Source: Alphaproteobacteria bacterium
GTDB taxonomy: Bacteria > Pseudomonadota > Alphaproteobacteria > RF32 > CAG-239
DNA length: 64,000 nucleotides
Direction of reading: 5' to 3'
Assembly (NCBI GenBank): GCA_017477185.1
Contig: JAFUXF010000035.1
Span: 100,851-164,850 of the forward strand
The notes below the pieces were generated by a model, which made no database searches, had not been told where the DNA came from, and saw only the letters and a program-made list of their open reading frames with translations. Below, one piece after another: positions 9,054-18,321 of this stretch. The position numbers and the translations under genes were made by a program. Position 1 is the stretch's first letter; every line of letters begins with the position of its first letter.

Positions 9054-10910
9054 TTACGAGGCTGATTTTAAGCCAACTAGCAGATATTCTCCCATTTTTT
9101 CTGTGTAAAAAGATGGATTCGTCACCACTTCACCCTCAGCAATTTTAGCCTGATCCAAGAGCAACTTCGACACCTCTTCAATCTTTGATTTTTGTCCATC
9201 ATCATGAACCATTTCACTCAATTTAATAATCAGCGGATGATACGGGTTAATCTCTAAAATCCGCGTACTTGCAAAAGCCGTTTGCTGCTGATGATTGCGC
9301 ATTAAGCGCTCAAGGTGAATGCTCATCTGCCCGTCCTCAACCGTCAGGCTGACCGGACTCTTGGTGAGTTTATCCGTGCTTTCGACTTTTCCAACTTCAC
9401 TTTTAAGTGTTTCTGCCATAAATTTTATCAATTTGTCGAGCGAACCCTCTTCGGCTTTAGGTTCCGTCCGCTCAACTTTCAAATCTTCATCTGCCTGAGA
9501 AACATGCTTGATTGTTTTTTCTTTATAACTTGTCAACACTTGTGGCCAAAACTCATCGATCGGATCTGTCAACAGCAAAACCTCAACGCCCTTTGCCTTA
9601 AACGCCTCCAACTGCGGATTATTCCGCAAGGTCGAGACATCATCGCCGGTAATGTAATAAATCGATTTTTGCCCGTCTTTCATACGAGAAATATACTCAT
9701 CTAATGATGTCAATTTTTCTTCATCGTTTGTCGAGGCAAAACGAGACAACTCAGCAACTTCATTCCGATTTGTAAAGTCTTCATAAATACCTTCTTTGAA
9801 AGCCGCTCCGAACGCATTCCAAAATTTCTGATAATCCTCAGCATTTTCGCTACGCTTTTTGAGCTCTTTCAGCAAGCGAGAAACTGTCCCTTGCTTGATT
9901 TTAGCAATCAGCGGACTTTGCTGCAACATCTCTCGTGACAGGTTCAAAGACAAATCTGCCGAATCAATCACCCCTTTCACAAAGCGCAAATACGTTGGCA
10001 ACAACTCCTCAACTTTATCCGAGATAAAGACCTTGTTGACATAAAGCTTCAATCCTTGCTTTTTATCCGGTTGGAACAAATCATAGGGCTGCTCGCTCGG
10101 AACAAACAGCAAACCGGTATATTCTATATTCCCCTCTGCCTTAAAATGTAGCGTCAGCCACGGATCATCAAAGTTTTTAGAAATGTGATGATAAAACTCT
10201 TTGTACTGGTCTTGAGTAATTTCCGCCTTGTTTTTTGCCCACAAAGCCGAACCCGTATTCACCGTCTCTTCACCGGCTTTGCCTAAATCCAAAACAATCG
10301 GATAATCAATATGATCTGAATACAAGCGGACAATCTGACGTAAATAAATACTGTCCAAAAATTCCTTAGCATCATCTTTCAAAAACAGCTTGATAGACGT
10401 CCCATTTGTCGCACGCTCAGCTTCTTCAATTTCAAAACCGCCGACACCGTTAGAAACCCACTTGTAAGCTTGATCTTCTCCTGCTTTTTTAGTCGTCACT
10501 TCAACTTTCTCGGCAACCATAAAAGCCGAGTAAAAACCGACCCCGAATTGTCCTATTAATTCTGCTGCCGAGCCGTTATCCTTCATGTTTTTAACAAAAT
10601 CAGCTGTTCCGGACTTGGCAATTGTCCCCAGATGACTGATTAAATCATCTTTATTCATACCGATTCCGTTGTCCTCAATCGTCAGCGTTTTTTCTTCAAC
10701 ATTCGGAATAATTTTAATTTTCATCTCACCGGAAGTTTTCTTGGCTATTTCCGGATTTGTCAAGCAAACATAACGTAATTTATCACACGCATCACTGGCA
10801 TTAGAAATTAACTCACGCAAAAAAATCTGCCGCTCCGAATAAATAGAGTTAATCATAATATCCAATAACTTACCGACCTCCGCTTTAAAACTGATTTTTC
10901 TACTCATCAT
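9054..10910 (-). CDS. htpG: Chaperone HtpG (Hsp90)
   Basis: IFLRELISNASDA, DNGIGM, IGQFGVGFYSAF. Confidence 0.98.
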   Translation of the reverse strand: MMSRKISFKAEVGKLLDIMINSIYSERQIFLRELISNASDACDKLRYVCLTNPEIAKKTSGEMKIKIIPNVEEKTLTIEDNGIGMNKDDLISHLGTIAKSGTADFVKNMKDNGSAAELIGQFGVGFYSAFMVAEKVEVTTKKAGEDQAYKWVSNGVGGFEIEEAERATNGTSIKLFLKDDAKEFLDSIYLRQIVRLYSDHIDYPIVLDLGKAGEETVNTGSALWAKNKAEITQDQYKEFYHHISKNFDDPWLTLHFKAEGNIEYTGLLFVPSEQPYDLFQPDKKQGLKLYVNKVFISDKVEELLPTYLRFVKGVIDSADLSLNLSREMLQQSPLIAKIKQGTVSRLLKELKKRSENAEDYQKFWNAFGAAFKEGIYEDFTNRNEVAELSRFASTNDEEKLTSLDEYISRMKDGQKSIYYITGDDVSTLRNNPQLEAFKAKGVEVLLLTDPIDEFWPQVLTSYKEKTIKHVSQADEDLKVERTEPKAEEGSLDKLIKFMAETLKSEVGKVESTDKLTKSPVSLTVEDGQMSIHLERLMRNHQQQTAFASTRILEINPYHPLIIKLSEMVHDDGQKSKIEEVSKLLLDQAKIAEGEVVTNPSFYTEKMGEYLLVGLKSAS

Positions 10911-10944
10911 TTGCTCCTTTATTATTTTTATGCCACCTTTTTTC

Positions 10945-11040
10945 TATTCGGGTAGCTTTGTGCTCTCTCCTCGTCATGCTCGAGGGCAAACCCACAGGCT
11001 TTGCCACATCGGGCATCCATATACCGGTTGCGTAGCAACA
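10945..11040 (-). other. GC-rich multi-hairpin segment in the htpG leader
   Basis: Hairpins gttgc-tac-gcaac, ggcaaagcc-tgt-gggtttgcc, ctcg-agcatga-cgag; shares words with the tRNA-associated elements. Confidence 0.45.
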
Positions 11041-11054
11041 CCTCTTTACTACCT

Positions 11055-11083
11055 ATATAGAGGTTGAAAATCCCCAGCGCAAG
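11055..11083 (-). promoter_or_regulatory. Candidate RpoH-type promoter for htpG
   Basis: CTTG-N18-TCTATAT on the minus strand. Confidence 0.45.
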
Positions 11084-11168
11084 AGCACGCGCAAAATTTT
11101 ACTTGATTTTATATAAAATCCCGTTAGATTAGCGATGTTGTCTATAAATTTTTTAGGAGTTAAATAAA

Positions 11169-11408
11169 ATGGTTTCAGTTGTTAATGATTCTTGCATCAA
11201 ATGCAAAACCTGTGCTGGTGTATGCCCGGTTGACGCTTTCCATGAATGTGATTCTCAATTAGTTGTAGATCCTGATGTATGCATCTCTTGCGGTGTTTGC
11301 ATTTCTGAATGCCCGGTTAGCGCAATTTCACCTGAGGATGAAGCTGACGAAGCAACTGTTAAGTTCAATGCAGAGCAAGCAAAAGTCTGCCCGAACGCAA
11401 ACGACTAA
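11169..11408 (+). CDS. Dicluster Fe-S ferredoxin
   Basis: CIKCKTCAGVCP and CISCGVCISECP. Confidence 0.95.
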   Translation: MVSVVNDSCIKCKTCAGVCPVDAFHECDSQLVVDPDVCISCGVCISECPVSAISPEDEADEATVKFNAEQAKVCPNAND

Positions 11409-11423
11409 TCAATAACAACCTTT

Positions 11424-11585
11424 TCCTCGCCCCTTTGGGGCTGGAGGCAAAAAATTGCTCTTGAATGAGCAATTTTTAACGACAGGCGAAGTTTTCTTAT
11501 ATGAGCGAGAAACGATAGTGCCTCGACGCGAATTTAGAAAACAAGTGACCGAAGCCGAAGGCAAGAAGGGTTAGAGTGAGGGGAA
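11424..11585. repeat. Composite palindromic repeat (CCCT/AGGG-type ends with inserted hairpin module)
   Basis: cctcgcccctttggggctggagg ... aaaaattgctc/gagcaattttt ... gggttagagtgagggg. Confidence 0.5.
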
Positions 11586-11587
11586 TA

Positions 11588-11619
11588 AAAAAGAGGCTGA
11601 AATCAAATCAGCCTCTTTT
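11588..11619. terminator. Intrinsic terminator
   Basis: aaaagaggctga-aatcaaa-tcagcctctttt. Confidence 0.7.
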
Positions 11620-11723
11620 AGTTATTTTTTTGCATTTTTATGCGATAAAGGCTTGATATTTAAAATCAAGTTGCTATTGTAAGGCGAATTTTGAAATAAG
11701 AAAAATTGCTTTATGTCATCTCT

Positions 11724-11940
11724 GGCACAGTCAATTTCTTTGATAAATGGCTGTGCTACGCTGTGACTTTTTGACGACATGTACAACTAGCTACATTAGG
11801 AAAAAAGTCACAAGTATGACAACCATTTAGGAAAAGTACATAACCTTTTTTCTATAAAAGGTTATGCTACGCCGAGAGTTTTGAGCGTGGTGTACAAACT
11901 AGTTACACAAGCGAAAAACTCTCAAGTATGATGACCTTTT
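11724..11940 (+). promoter_or_regulatory. Two tandem ~85-bp covarying hairpin units in the typA leader
   Basis: Units 11745-11828 and 11856-11940 share gctacgc / tgtacaa / ctag / aagtatga but have different complementary stems. Confidence 0.55.
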
Positions 11941-11956
11941 AGAGGAAAAAGAAAAA

Positions 11957-13777
11957 ATGAAAATGAGGAATATTGCCATTATCGCCCACGTCGACCACGG
12001 TAAAACGACACTTGTGGACGGGCTGTTAAGACAAAGCGGCACATTCAGAGATAATCAAAAAGTTGCCGAATGTGTGATGGATAGTAATGATTTGGAAAGA
12101 GAGAGAGGAATTACGATTCTCTCAAAATGCACATCCGTTGATTGGCACGGCACACACATCAATATTGTTGACACACCGGGACACGCTGATTTTGGCGGAG
12201 AAGTTGAACGCATTTTATCTATGGTCGACGGTGTTGTTTTGTTAGTGGACGCTTCTGAAGGCCCAATGCCGCAAACCAAATTTGTGTTAGGAAAAGCCCT
12301 CAAAATCGGCTTAAAACCAATTGTCGTCATTAACAAAGCCGACAAACCGGACGCTCGCGTTGATGAGGTCTTGGACGAGATTTTTGACTTGTTTGTCAGC
12401 TTAAATGCCAATGATGAACAACTGGACTTCCCTGTTTTATATGCTTCAGGACGCAACGGCTGGGCTGTTAAGGAAATGACGGATGACAAGAAAGATTTAA
12501 CCCCATTATTTGAGTTAATTTTATCTTATGTCCCCGAACCGAATTGCGAACCTGATGCACCATTTAAGATGCTTGCCACCACATTGGAAGCCAACAAATT
12601 TATCGGACGTTTGCTAACCGGAAAAATTCAATCCGGTACACTGCACGTTAATGATACGGTTAAAGTTTTAAATGGTGAAAACCAAGAATTAGAGCGCGTT
12701 CGTATCAGCAAAATTTTAGCTTACCAAGGCTTAGACCGTGTTTCTTTAGATGTCGCTCACGCCGGAGATATTGTGGCTGTTGCCGGTGTCGTTAAAGGAA
12801 CTGTGGCAGATACCTTATGCGATTTCAGTGTTGAAGAAGCTATTCACGCTCAACCGATTGACCCACCAACATTGGCAATGACTTTTTCAATTAACGATTC
12901 TCCTTTAGCCGGACGTGAAGGTGATAAAGTCACCTCTCGTATGATTTGGGACAGATTGTGCAAAGAGGCAGAAGGCAACATTGCATTGAAAATTTCTCGC
13001 ACCGACCAAACCGATTCTTTTGAAGTTGCCGGTCGCGGGGAGTTGCAACTCGGCGTTTTGATTGAAACCATGCGCCGTGAGGGCTTTGAACTCTCCATTT
13101 CTCGTCCGAAAGTTTTGATGAAACGTGATGAGCAGGGAAATCTCTTGGAGCCGGTTGAAGAAGTCGTCATTGATGTTGATGAAGAATTTTCCGGTACCGT
13201 TGTTGAAAAACTCGGGCAAAAACGCGCTGAATTGGTTGAGATGATTCCGTCTCAACTCGGTAACAAAGTCCGATTGATTTTCAATGCGCCGTCACGCGGC
13301 TTAATCGGTTATCACTCCGAATTTTTGACCGACACACGCGGAACCGGCGTTATGAACCGTATTTTCAAAGACTATGAACCCTATAAAGGCGACATGCAAG
13401 GTCGCCGCAACGGCGTTCTGATTTCTGCCGAAAACGGAACAGCAATAGCTTATTCTCTCTGGAAATTACAAGACCGCGGACCGATGTTTATTGATCCAAA
13501 CGTTCCAGTTTATGCCGGCATGATTATCGGCGAACACACCAAATCCAATGATTTGGAAGTCAACTGCTGTAAATCTAAGCAATTAACCAACATCCGTGCC
13601 GCCGGTAAAGATGAGGCGATTGACTTGATTCCGCCGCGTAAATTATCATTGGAGCAAGCTTTGTCTTATATCCAAGATGATGAACTCTTAGAAGTCACCC
13701 CAAAAACACTCCGCTTGCGTAAACGAATTTTAGATTCTCTGGCACGCAAACGCTCTCGACCGGAAGTGATTGAATAG
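11957..13777 (+). CDS. typA: Translational GTPase TypA/BipA
   Basis: RNIAIIAHVDHGKTTLVD, GRGELQLGVLIETMRREG, ELLEVTP. Confidence 0.98.
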   Translation: MKMRNIAIIAHVDHGKTTLVDGLLRQSGTFRDNQKVAECVMDSNDLERERGITILSKCTSVDWHGTHINIVDTPGHADFGGEVERILSMVDGVVLLVDASEGPMPQTKFVLGKALKIGLKPIVVINKADKPDARVDEVLDEIFDLFVSLNANDEQLDFPVLYASGRNGWAVKEMTDDKKDLTPLFELILSYVPEPNCEPDAPFKMLATTLEANKFIGRLLTGKIQSGTLHVNDTVKVLNGENQELERVRISKILAYQGLDRVSLDVAHAGDIVAVAGVVKGTVADTLCDFSVEEAIHAQPIDPPTLAMTFSINDSPLAGREGDKVTSRMIWDRLCKEAEGNIALKISRTDQTDSFEVAGRGELQLGVLIETMRREGFELSISRPKVLMKRDEQGNLLEPVEEVVIDVDEEFSGTVVEKLGQKRAELVEMIPSQLGNKVRLIFNAPSRGLIGYHSEFLTDTRGTGVMNRIFKDYEPYKGDMQGRRNGVLISAENGTAIAYSLWKLQDRGPMFIDPNVPVYAGMIIGEHTKSNDLEVNCCKSKQLTNIRAAGKDEAIDLIPPRKLSLEQALSYIQDDELLEVTPKTLRLRKRILDSLARKRSRPEVIE

Positions 13778-13781
13778 CATT

Positions 13782-13807
13782 AAAGCCTCTCGAAAGAGAG
13801 GCTTTTT
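13782..13807 (+). terminator. Intrinsic terminator after typA
   Basis: aaagcctctc-gaaa-gagaggcttttt. Confidence 0.85.
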
Positions 13808-13876
13808 CTTGACTTATACAATATTTTCTTTTATAAAATTTCTGCAAATCATATTATTTACTAAATAATTCTACTC

Positions 13877-14305
13877 ATGAAAAAAATTATTATTTACTTG
13901 TTAGCAGCTGTCTTCATTCTATTGTTGACAGGCTGCAAAAGCGATCCTATTAAACCACAAATCATTGGTACAGCGTACCTGCAGGAAGAAAAAGGCATCA
14001 TTTTTGCCGAATTTGATTCCGTCCGTTATGTGCCGCAAATCGTCTATACTGGAGAAAAACCGGAATACGAAGGCATTGAAAGAAGCGTTTTACCGATTGT
14101 TGGACTGCAGGTAACGTGTTTTACTTGTAGAAGACACTCTGAACCTGTCTTTTTTTCTGGCAAAGTAACTACCGAACAACTTGAAAAGTATTACCGCCCA
14201 AATTACACAAATATTTTTATTAAAGTTTTCGTAACTATTATGTTACTTTTCATAATGCTTTTCATAATAATTGTTGGGGTTATAATTGTTCATGCCACCG
14301 CTTAA
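13877..14305 (+). CDS. Hypothetical lipoprotein with C-terminal TM helix
   Basis: Lipobox LTGC, hydrophobic C-terminus. Confidence 0.7.
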   Translation: MKKIIIYLLAAVFILLLTGCKSDPIKPQIIGTAYLQEEKGIIFAEFDSVRYVPQIVYTGEKPEYEGIERSVLPIVGLQVTCFTCRRHSEPVFFSGKVTTEQLEKYYRPNYTNIFIKVFVTIMLLFIMLFIIIVGVIIVHATA

Positions 14306-14587
14306 ACAACTAAAGTAGCTATTTCTGATGTTGATCTTTAATTAAGCCTCTTTGAGAATAAAAACTCAGAGAGGTTTTTTCTTACCAGAACAATAAAAAA
14401 AACCATAAATCATCGTAGGAGCACAATTATCCACAAAGCCTCATCTTCAGACAAAATTTACAACATATAGAAAACTGATGTACTATAAAAGAAAAATTAT
14501 AAAAAACATTCGTGTCGTTTACACTGGCTCACTCAATAACAAAACTTCACCTTTCATCTCAAAACAACCTTGGTTATTAGATTCTCA

Positions 14588-15580
14588 CTAGCAGTGTTTT
14601 GCCCCTTTCTCATCGCGAACCAGCATCTGCTTAATCCCATCAATCGAGCTTAAAATACCGGTTGCTTCATACGGCATATAAACAATCTTATTGTCATTAC
14701 CATCAGCAATCTCTTTTAAGGTTTCGAGATATTTCATCGCAATTAAGTATTTATCCGGCTGTCCGTTTTTAGCGATAGCATCGCTGATAGCCCGAATAGC
14801 TTCAGCCTCTGCATTAGCATTTTTAATTCGCGCTTCTGCTGCACCTTCTGCACGCAAAATAGCCGATTGTTTTTCACCCTCTGCACGGTTAATTTCAGCC
14901 TCTTTTTGCCCTTCTGCTTTCAAAATAGCCGACTTTTTCATCCCTTCTGCTTCCAAAATAGTCGCACGACGCTCACGCTCGGCTTTCATTTGTTTTTCCA
15001 TGGCTTGTTGAATATCTGCCGGCGGAATAATATCTTGCAACTCAACACGATTGACTTTAACCCCCCATTTATTAGTTGCCTCATCTAAAATTGCCCGTAA
15101 TTCATGATTAATTTTATCACGAGAGACAAGAGCCTCATCTAAGTCGATTGCACCGACCAAATTACGCAAAGTCGTTTGTGTTAATTTTTCAATTGCCTCC
15201 GGCAGATTTTGAATTTCATAAACGGCACTCTTGGCTTTAATTATTTGGAAATACAACAAAGCATTAATACTAATCGTTACATTATCTTTGGTAATCACAT
15301 TTTGACGAGGGAAATCATAAACCGACTCACGTAAATCGATTTTGACACGCTCCTCAACACGAGAATAGCTGTGCCCCGCCGCATCTTTATAGGTCATCTT
15401 CCACGCAATCGGGCGCGCCGCCTCAAAAATCGGAAAAATAAAATTCAACCCCGGTTCAAGCTCACGCTCATACTTACCTAACCGTTCAACAATCACCGAT
15501 TCGGCTTGCTGAATAATAATCACCCCTTTGAGAATATATAAAATCGCCAAAACAACAAGAACAATCCAAACTTCAGTCAT
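14588..15580 (-). CDS. SPFH/band 7 (stomatin/QmcA-like) protein
   Basis: VIVERLGKY, DFPRQNVITKDNV, WGVKVNRVELQDI, QMKAERERRA; start set at ATG 15580 after an RBS. Confidence 0.93.
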   Translation of the reverse strand: MTEVWIVLVVLAILYILKGVIIIQQAESVIVERLGKYERELEPGLNFIFPIFEAARPIAWKMTYKDAAGHSYSRVEERVKIDLRESVYDFPRQNVITKDNVTISINALLYFQIIKAKSAVYEIQNLPEAIEKLTQTTLRNLVGAIDLDEALVSRDKINHELRAILDEATNKWGVKVNRVELQDIIPPADIQQAMEKQMKAERERRATILEAEGMKKSAILKAEGQKEAEINRAEGEKQSAILRAEGAAEARIKNANAEAEAIRAISDAIAKNGQPDKYLIAMKYLETLKEIADGNDNKIVYMPYEATGILSSIDGIKQMLVRDEKGAKHC

Positions 15581-15581
15581 T

Positions 15582-16010
15582 TTATTTTTCCTTTCCGACA
15601 TATAGAACTAAATTTTCTTCTTTTTTAATAATAACTTTTTCGCCGACAGCATATACTTTTTTATCAGCGCTGCGCGCATTCCAACGCTCATCAAAAATAC
15701 TCACAACCCCGCTATCTTCATCAACCTCTTCCAAAACTTTTGCCAATTGCCCGATATAGCGACTCATCCCTGTTCCGGCATCAACTTTTTCTTTTTTCTT
15801 AGAAAAGAAACGCAATCCAGCCAAAAATACAAGCGAAGAGACAACCCATACCGGCACCAATATATTCATATTTTCAGTCAATAACGATACTGCCGCCGTC
15901 ACAAAACTAGCCAAAGCTAAAGTGATAAAAAATGTCGTTGGCGTTAAAACTTCCAAAATCACCAACACTATCCCGGCAATTACTAATTTCTGCCACAGAA
16001 CTAAAAACAT
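15582..16010 (-). CDS. NfeD-family (YbbJ-like) partner of the SPFH protein
   Basis: N-terminal TMs, LEV..PT.FF, OB-like C-terminus with WNARS; canonical nfeD-SPFH pair. Confidence 0.88.
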   Translation of the reverse strand: MFLVLWQKLVIAGIVLVILEVLTPTTFFITLALASFVTAAVSLLTENMNILVPVWVVSSLVFLAGLRFFSKKKEKVDAGTGMSRYIGQLAKVLEEVDEDSGVVSIFDERWNARSADKKVYAVGEKVIIKKEENLVLYVGKEK

Positions 16011-16172
16011 TTATGCGCCCTCCAATTGTTTTTCTTTCATCTTGACTCAAGAAATAACATTTGACCACCCAAAAAACAATTACACACAAAAAACCTCTTG
16101 TGTTTAGACAAAATTTGTGATATATATAGAGCCAATGGAGATTAAAAAGAAATTATTATTAAAAAAAAGCAT

Positions 16173-16382
16173 ATGAAAAAGTTTATTTTTGATGCCATAA
16201 TGGCGTCTATTTCTGTGGGAGGCTTGTCATACGACATCTTCCAGATGATCGAGAAATTAATGGAACTACAATACAGTACTACCGTTTATTTTGCAGTATT
16301 GGCTGTATTTCAAAGTTTTTTTGCAGGATATTTTTGGGGTTGCGCCGATGCTGACCTCAAAAAAATATTCCCAAACAAATAA
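16173..16382 (+). CDS. Small hypothetical membrane protein
   Basis: 69 aa, upstream promoter-like sequence, terminator at 16385-16420. Confidence 0.55.
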   Translation: MKKFIFDAIMASISVGGLSYDIFQMIEKLMELQYSTTVYFAVLAVFQSFFAGYFWGCADADLKKIFPNK

Positions 16383-16437
16383 TAAAAAATCCCCGAGTTG
16401 ACTAACTCAGGGATTTTTTTAATAATTATCTGAATAT

Positions 16438-16512
16438 TTCTCCCTTTTGCAAAGGGGAGATTAAGAGGGGTAGAAATTACCCACCCTAACCCTCCCTCAC
16501 ACAGGGAGGGAA
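16438..16512. repeat. CTCCCCT/AGGGGAG-type double palindrome
   Basis: tctcccttttgcaaaggggaga...cccaccctaaccctccctcacacagggaggg; related to 60920-60952. Confidence 0.6.
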
Positions 16513-16515
16513 TAA

Positions 16516-16691
16516 TGAGCATTTTTTATCGATTAAATCTGCACTAATCGTGCGAAGACACCCTAAATAAAAAACTCAAGATTCGTGCGAGTAGTAAGAT
16601 TTATGAGGGAAAAAAGCGGAGCGTACTTTAAGCGTACGTGAGCATTTTTTATCGATTAAATCTGCACTAATCGTGCGAAGACTGAGTTTTT
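16516..16691. repeat. RPE-like element (16570-16691) preceded by a 44-bp duplicate of its right half (16516-16559 = 16639-16682)
   Basis: Core aaaagcggagcgtac-ttta-agcgtacgtgagcatttt; IR aaaaactca/tgagttttt; overlaps the def 3' end. Confidence 0.75.
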
Positions 16692-17197
16692 AAGAGTTTC
16701 TTTATTATCATCTGTCGTTTTAATCTGCTGATACGATCAATATACAAAATCCCGTCCAGATGATCCAGCTCGTGTTGCAGACAAACGGCAAGTAAGCCTT
16801 CGCCTAAAATCTCTTGTTCTTTGCCTTCATAATCAACATAATGCACTCTAACCTGTGCATGACGTTCAACTTCCGCACGTTGCTGAGGAACAGATAAACA
16901 CCCTTCTTCGCCGCAGACCATTTCATCAGAGCACCAAACAATTTCCGGATTAACCAAAAACAACGGATGCCCTTTGCTGAAATGCCCTTCTTCGTCATCT
17001 TCCTGCTCCACATCAATCACGACAATCCGTTTAGAAACACCAACCTGAGGTGCCGCCAATCCGACACCGGCATCGGCATACATGGTCTCTAACATATCAT
17101 CAAGCAATTGACGTGTTTCATCATCAACTTTATCGACTTTTTGAGCCTTCTTTTTCAACACCGGCTCCGGATAGGTGTAGAGTTTTAATACTGTCAT
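16667..17197 (-). CDS. def: Peptide deformylase
   Basis: GVGLAAPQVG, EGCLSVP, QHELDHLDG. Confidence 0.98.
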   Translation of the reverse strand: MTVLKLYTYPEPVLKKKAQKVDKVDDETRQLLDDMLETMYADAGVGLAAPQVGVSKRIVVIDVEQEDDEEGHFSKGHPLFLVNPEIVWCSDEMVCGEEGCLSVPQQRAEVERHAQVRVHYVDYEGKEQEILGEGLLAVCLQHELDHLDGILYIDRISRLKRQMIIKKLLKTQSSHD

Positions 17198-17250
17198 TTC
17201 TTTTCACATATAGCATATAGTTAAATTTTAATGTCAGCTCAATTCGATTT

Positions 17251-17347
17251 ATTGAAAAATAGTAAGATTTAAGAGAGAAAAAAGCGGAGTGTACATAATA
17301 GTACATGAGCATTTTTTCTTCTCGTAAAATCTGCCCTAGTTTTCGAT
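17251..17347. repeat. RPE-like element overlapping the nusB stop
   Basis: tagtaagatt...aaaagcggagtgtac-ataata-gtacatgagcatttt...aaatctgcccta. Confidence 0.75.
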
Positions 17348-17839
17348 AGGGCGAATTGAGCGAGATATTTGGTCAAGCAAAGCATTAATAACTTTCGGCT
17401 CATACTTTGTAAAGAACGCATACGCCAAATCGACATACTCCTTAATAATTACTTTAGCATCAATATCAAGAGAAGTTGTCAACTCATAAACAGCGCACAA
17501 CAATAAGGCTTGCTGAGTCGCATCCATTCGTTCAAACAACCACCCTTCATTTAAATATGCGGATAACGATTTTTCCAATTCCTGCTTACGCGCATGAACA
17601 CCTTTAACTAACGCACTAAAATAGGCGGTATCCATCGCCTCAAGCGCAATCATCTCCTCTTGATGCTTGGCGTCTTCCTTGATAACATAGCGACCAACAT
17701 TACCTTTAACAAAATCCATAATCACTTCATCAACCGATTCTGCACCATACCCAATAGCATAGGTTGCCTGCACAGCTGCTAAGCGAGCGTTAGTTCTCAT
17801 TTTAATTTTTTCTGATACGAATTTCTTTTTATCCTGCAT
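17336..17839 (-). CDS. nusB: Transcription antitermination factor NusB
   Basis: RTNARLAAVQATY, VIIKEYVDLAYAFF, INALLDQISR. Confidence 0.9.
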   Translation of the reverse strand: MQDKKKFVSEKIKMRTNARLAAVQATYAIGYGAESVDEVIMDFVKGNVGRYVIKEDAKHQEEMIALEAMDTAYFSALVKGVHARKQELEKSLSAYLNEGWLFERMDATQQALLLCAVYELTTSLDIDAKVIIKEYVDLAYAFFTKYEPKVINALLDQISRSIRPIEN

Positions 17840-17842
17840 TTA

Positions 17843-18319
17843 TTATTCCTTTGCATTTTCAGGCTTAGCCAATTTATCAATTGTTTCCACAAAATCTTCA
17901 AAATCTTTTACTTCGCGAAAATCCTTATAAACTGAAGCAAAACGGATATATGCCACATGATCGATTTTAGATAAGGCTTCCATCACATATTCACCAATAA
18001 CAACAGATGGTATCTCCGACTCACCGGAACTCTCCAATCGACGCTGAATAGAATTAACAATCTTTTGGACTCGATCAGCATCAACGGGACGTTTCCGCAC
18101 AGATAAGTTAATTGACTTTTCTAATTTATCCCTATCAAACGGAACTTTTTCACCGTTTTTTTTAATAACGACCAATTCCCTGAGTTGGATTCGCTCAAAC
18201 GTTGTAAACCGTGACCCACACTCCGGACATTCACGTCGACGACGAATTGCCGTATTGTCATCTGCATTACGAGAATCTTTAACTTGGGTATCATCACATC
18301 CACAAAACGGACACTTCAT
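17843..18319 (-). CDS. nrdR: Transcriptional repressor NrdR
   Basis: [15 protein letters not shown]...[27 protein letters not shown]. Confidence 0.98.
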   Translation of the reverse strand: MKCPFCGCDDTQVKDSRNADDNTAIRRRRECPECGSRFTTFERIQLRELVVIKKNGEKVPFDRDKLEKSINLSVRKRPVDADRVQKIVNSIQRRLESSGESEIPSVVIGEYVMEALSKIDHVAYIRFASVYKDFREVKDFEDFVETIDKLAKPENAKE

Positions 18320-18321
18320 TT

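Noticed and set aside
10945-11040. c-di-GMP-I riboswitch or 6S RNA
   Set aside because: GGGCAAACC is present but the GAAA tetraloop and GACGCAAAGCC arrangement are not; no long 6S-like rod with a central bubble is evident
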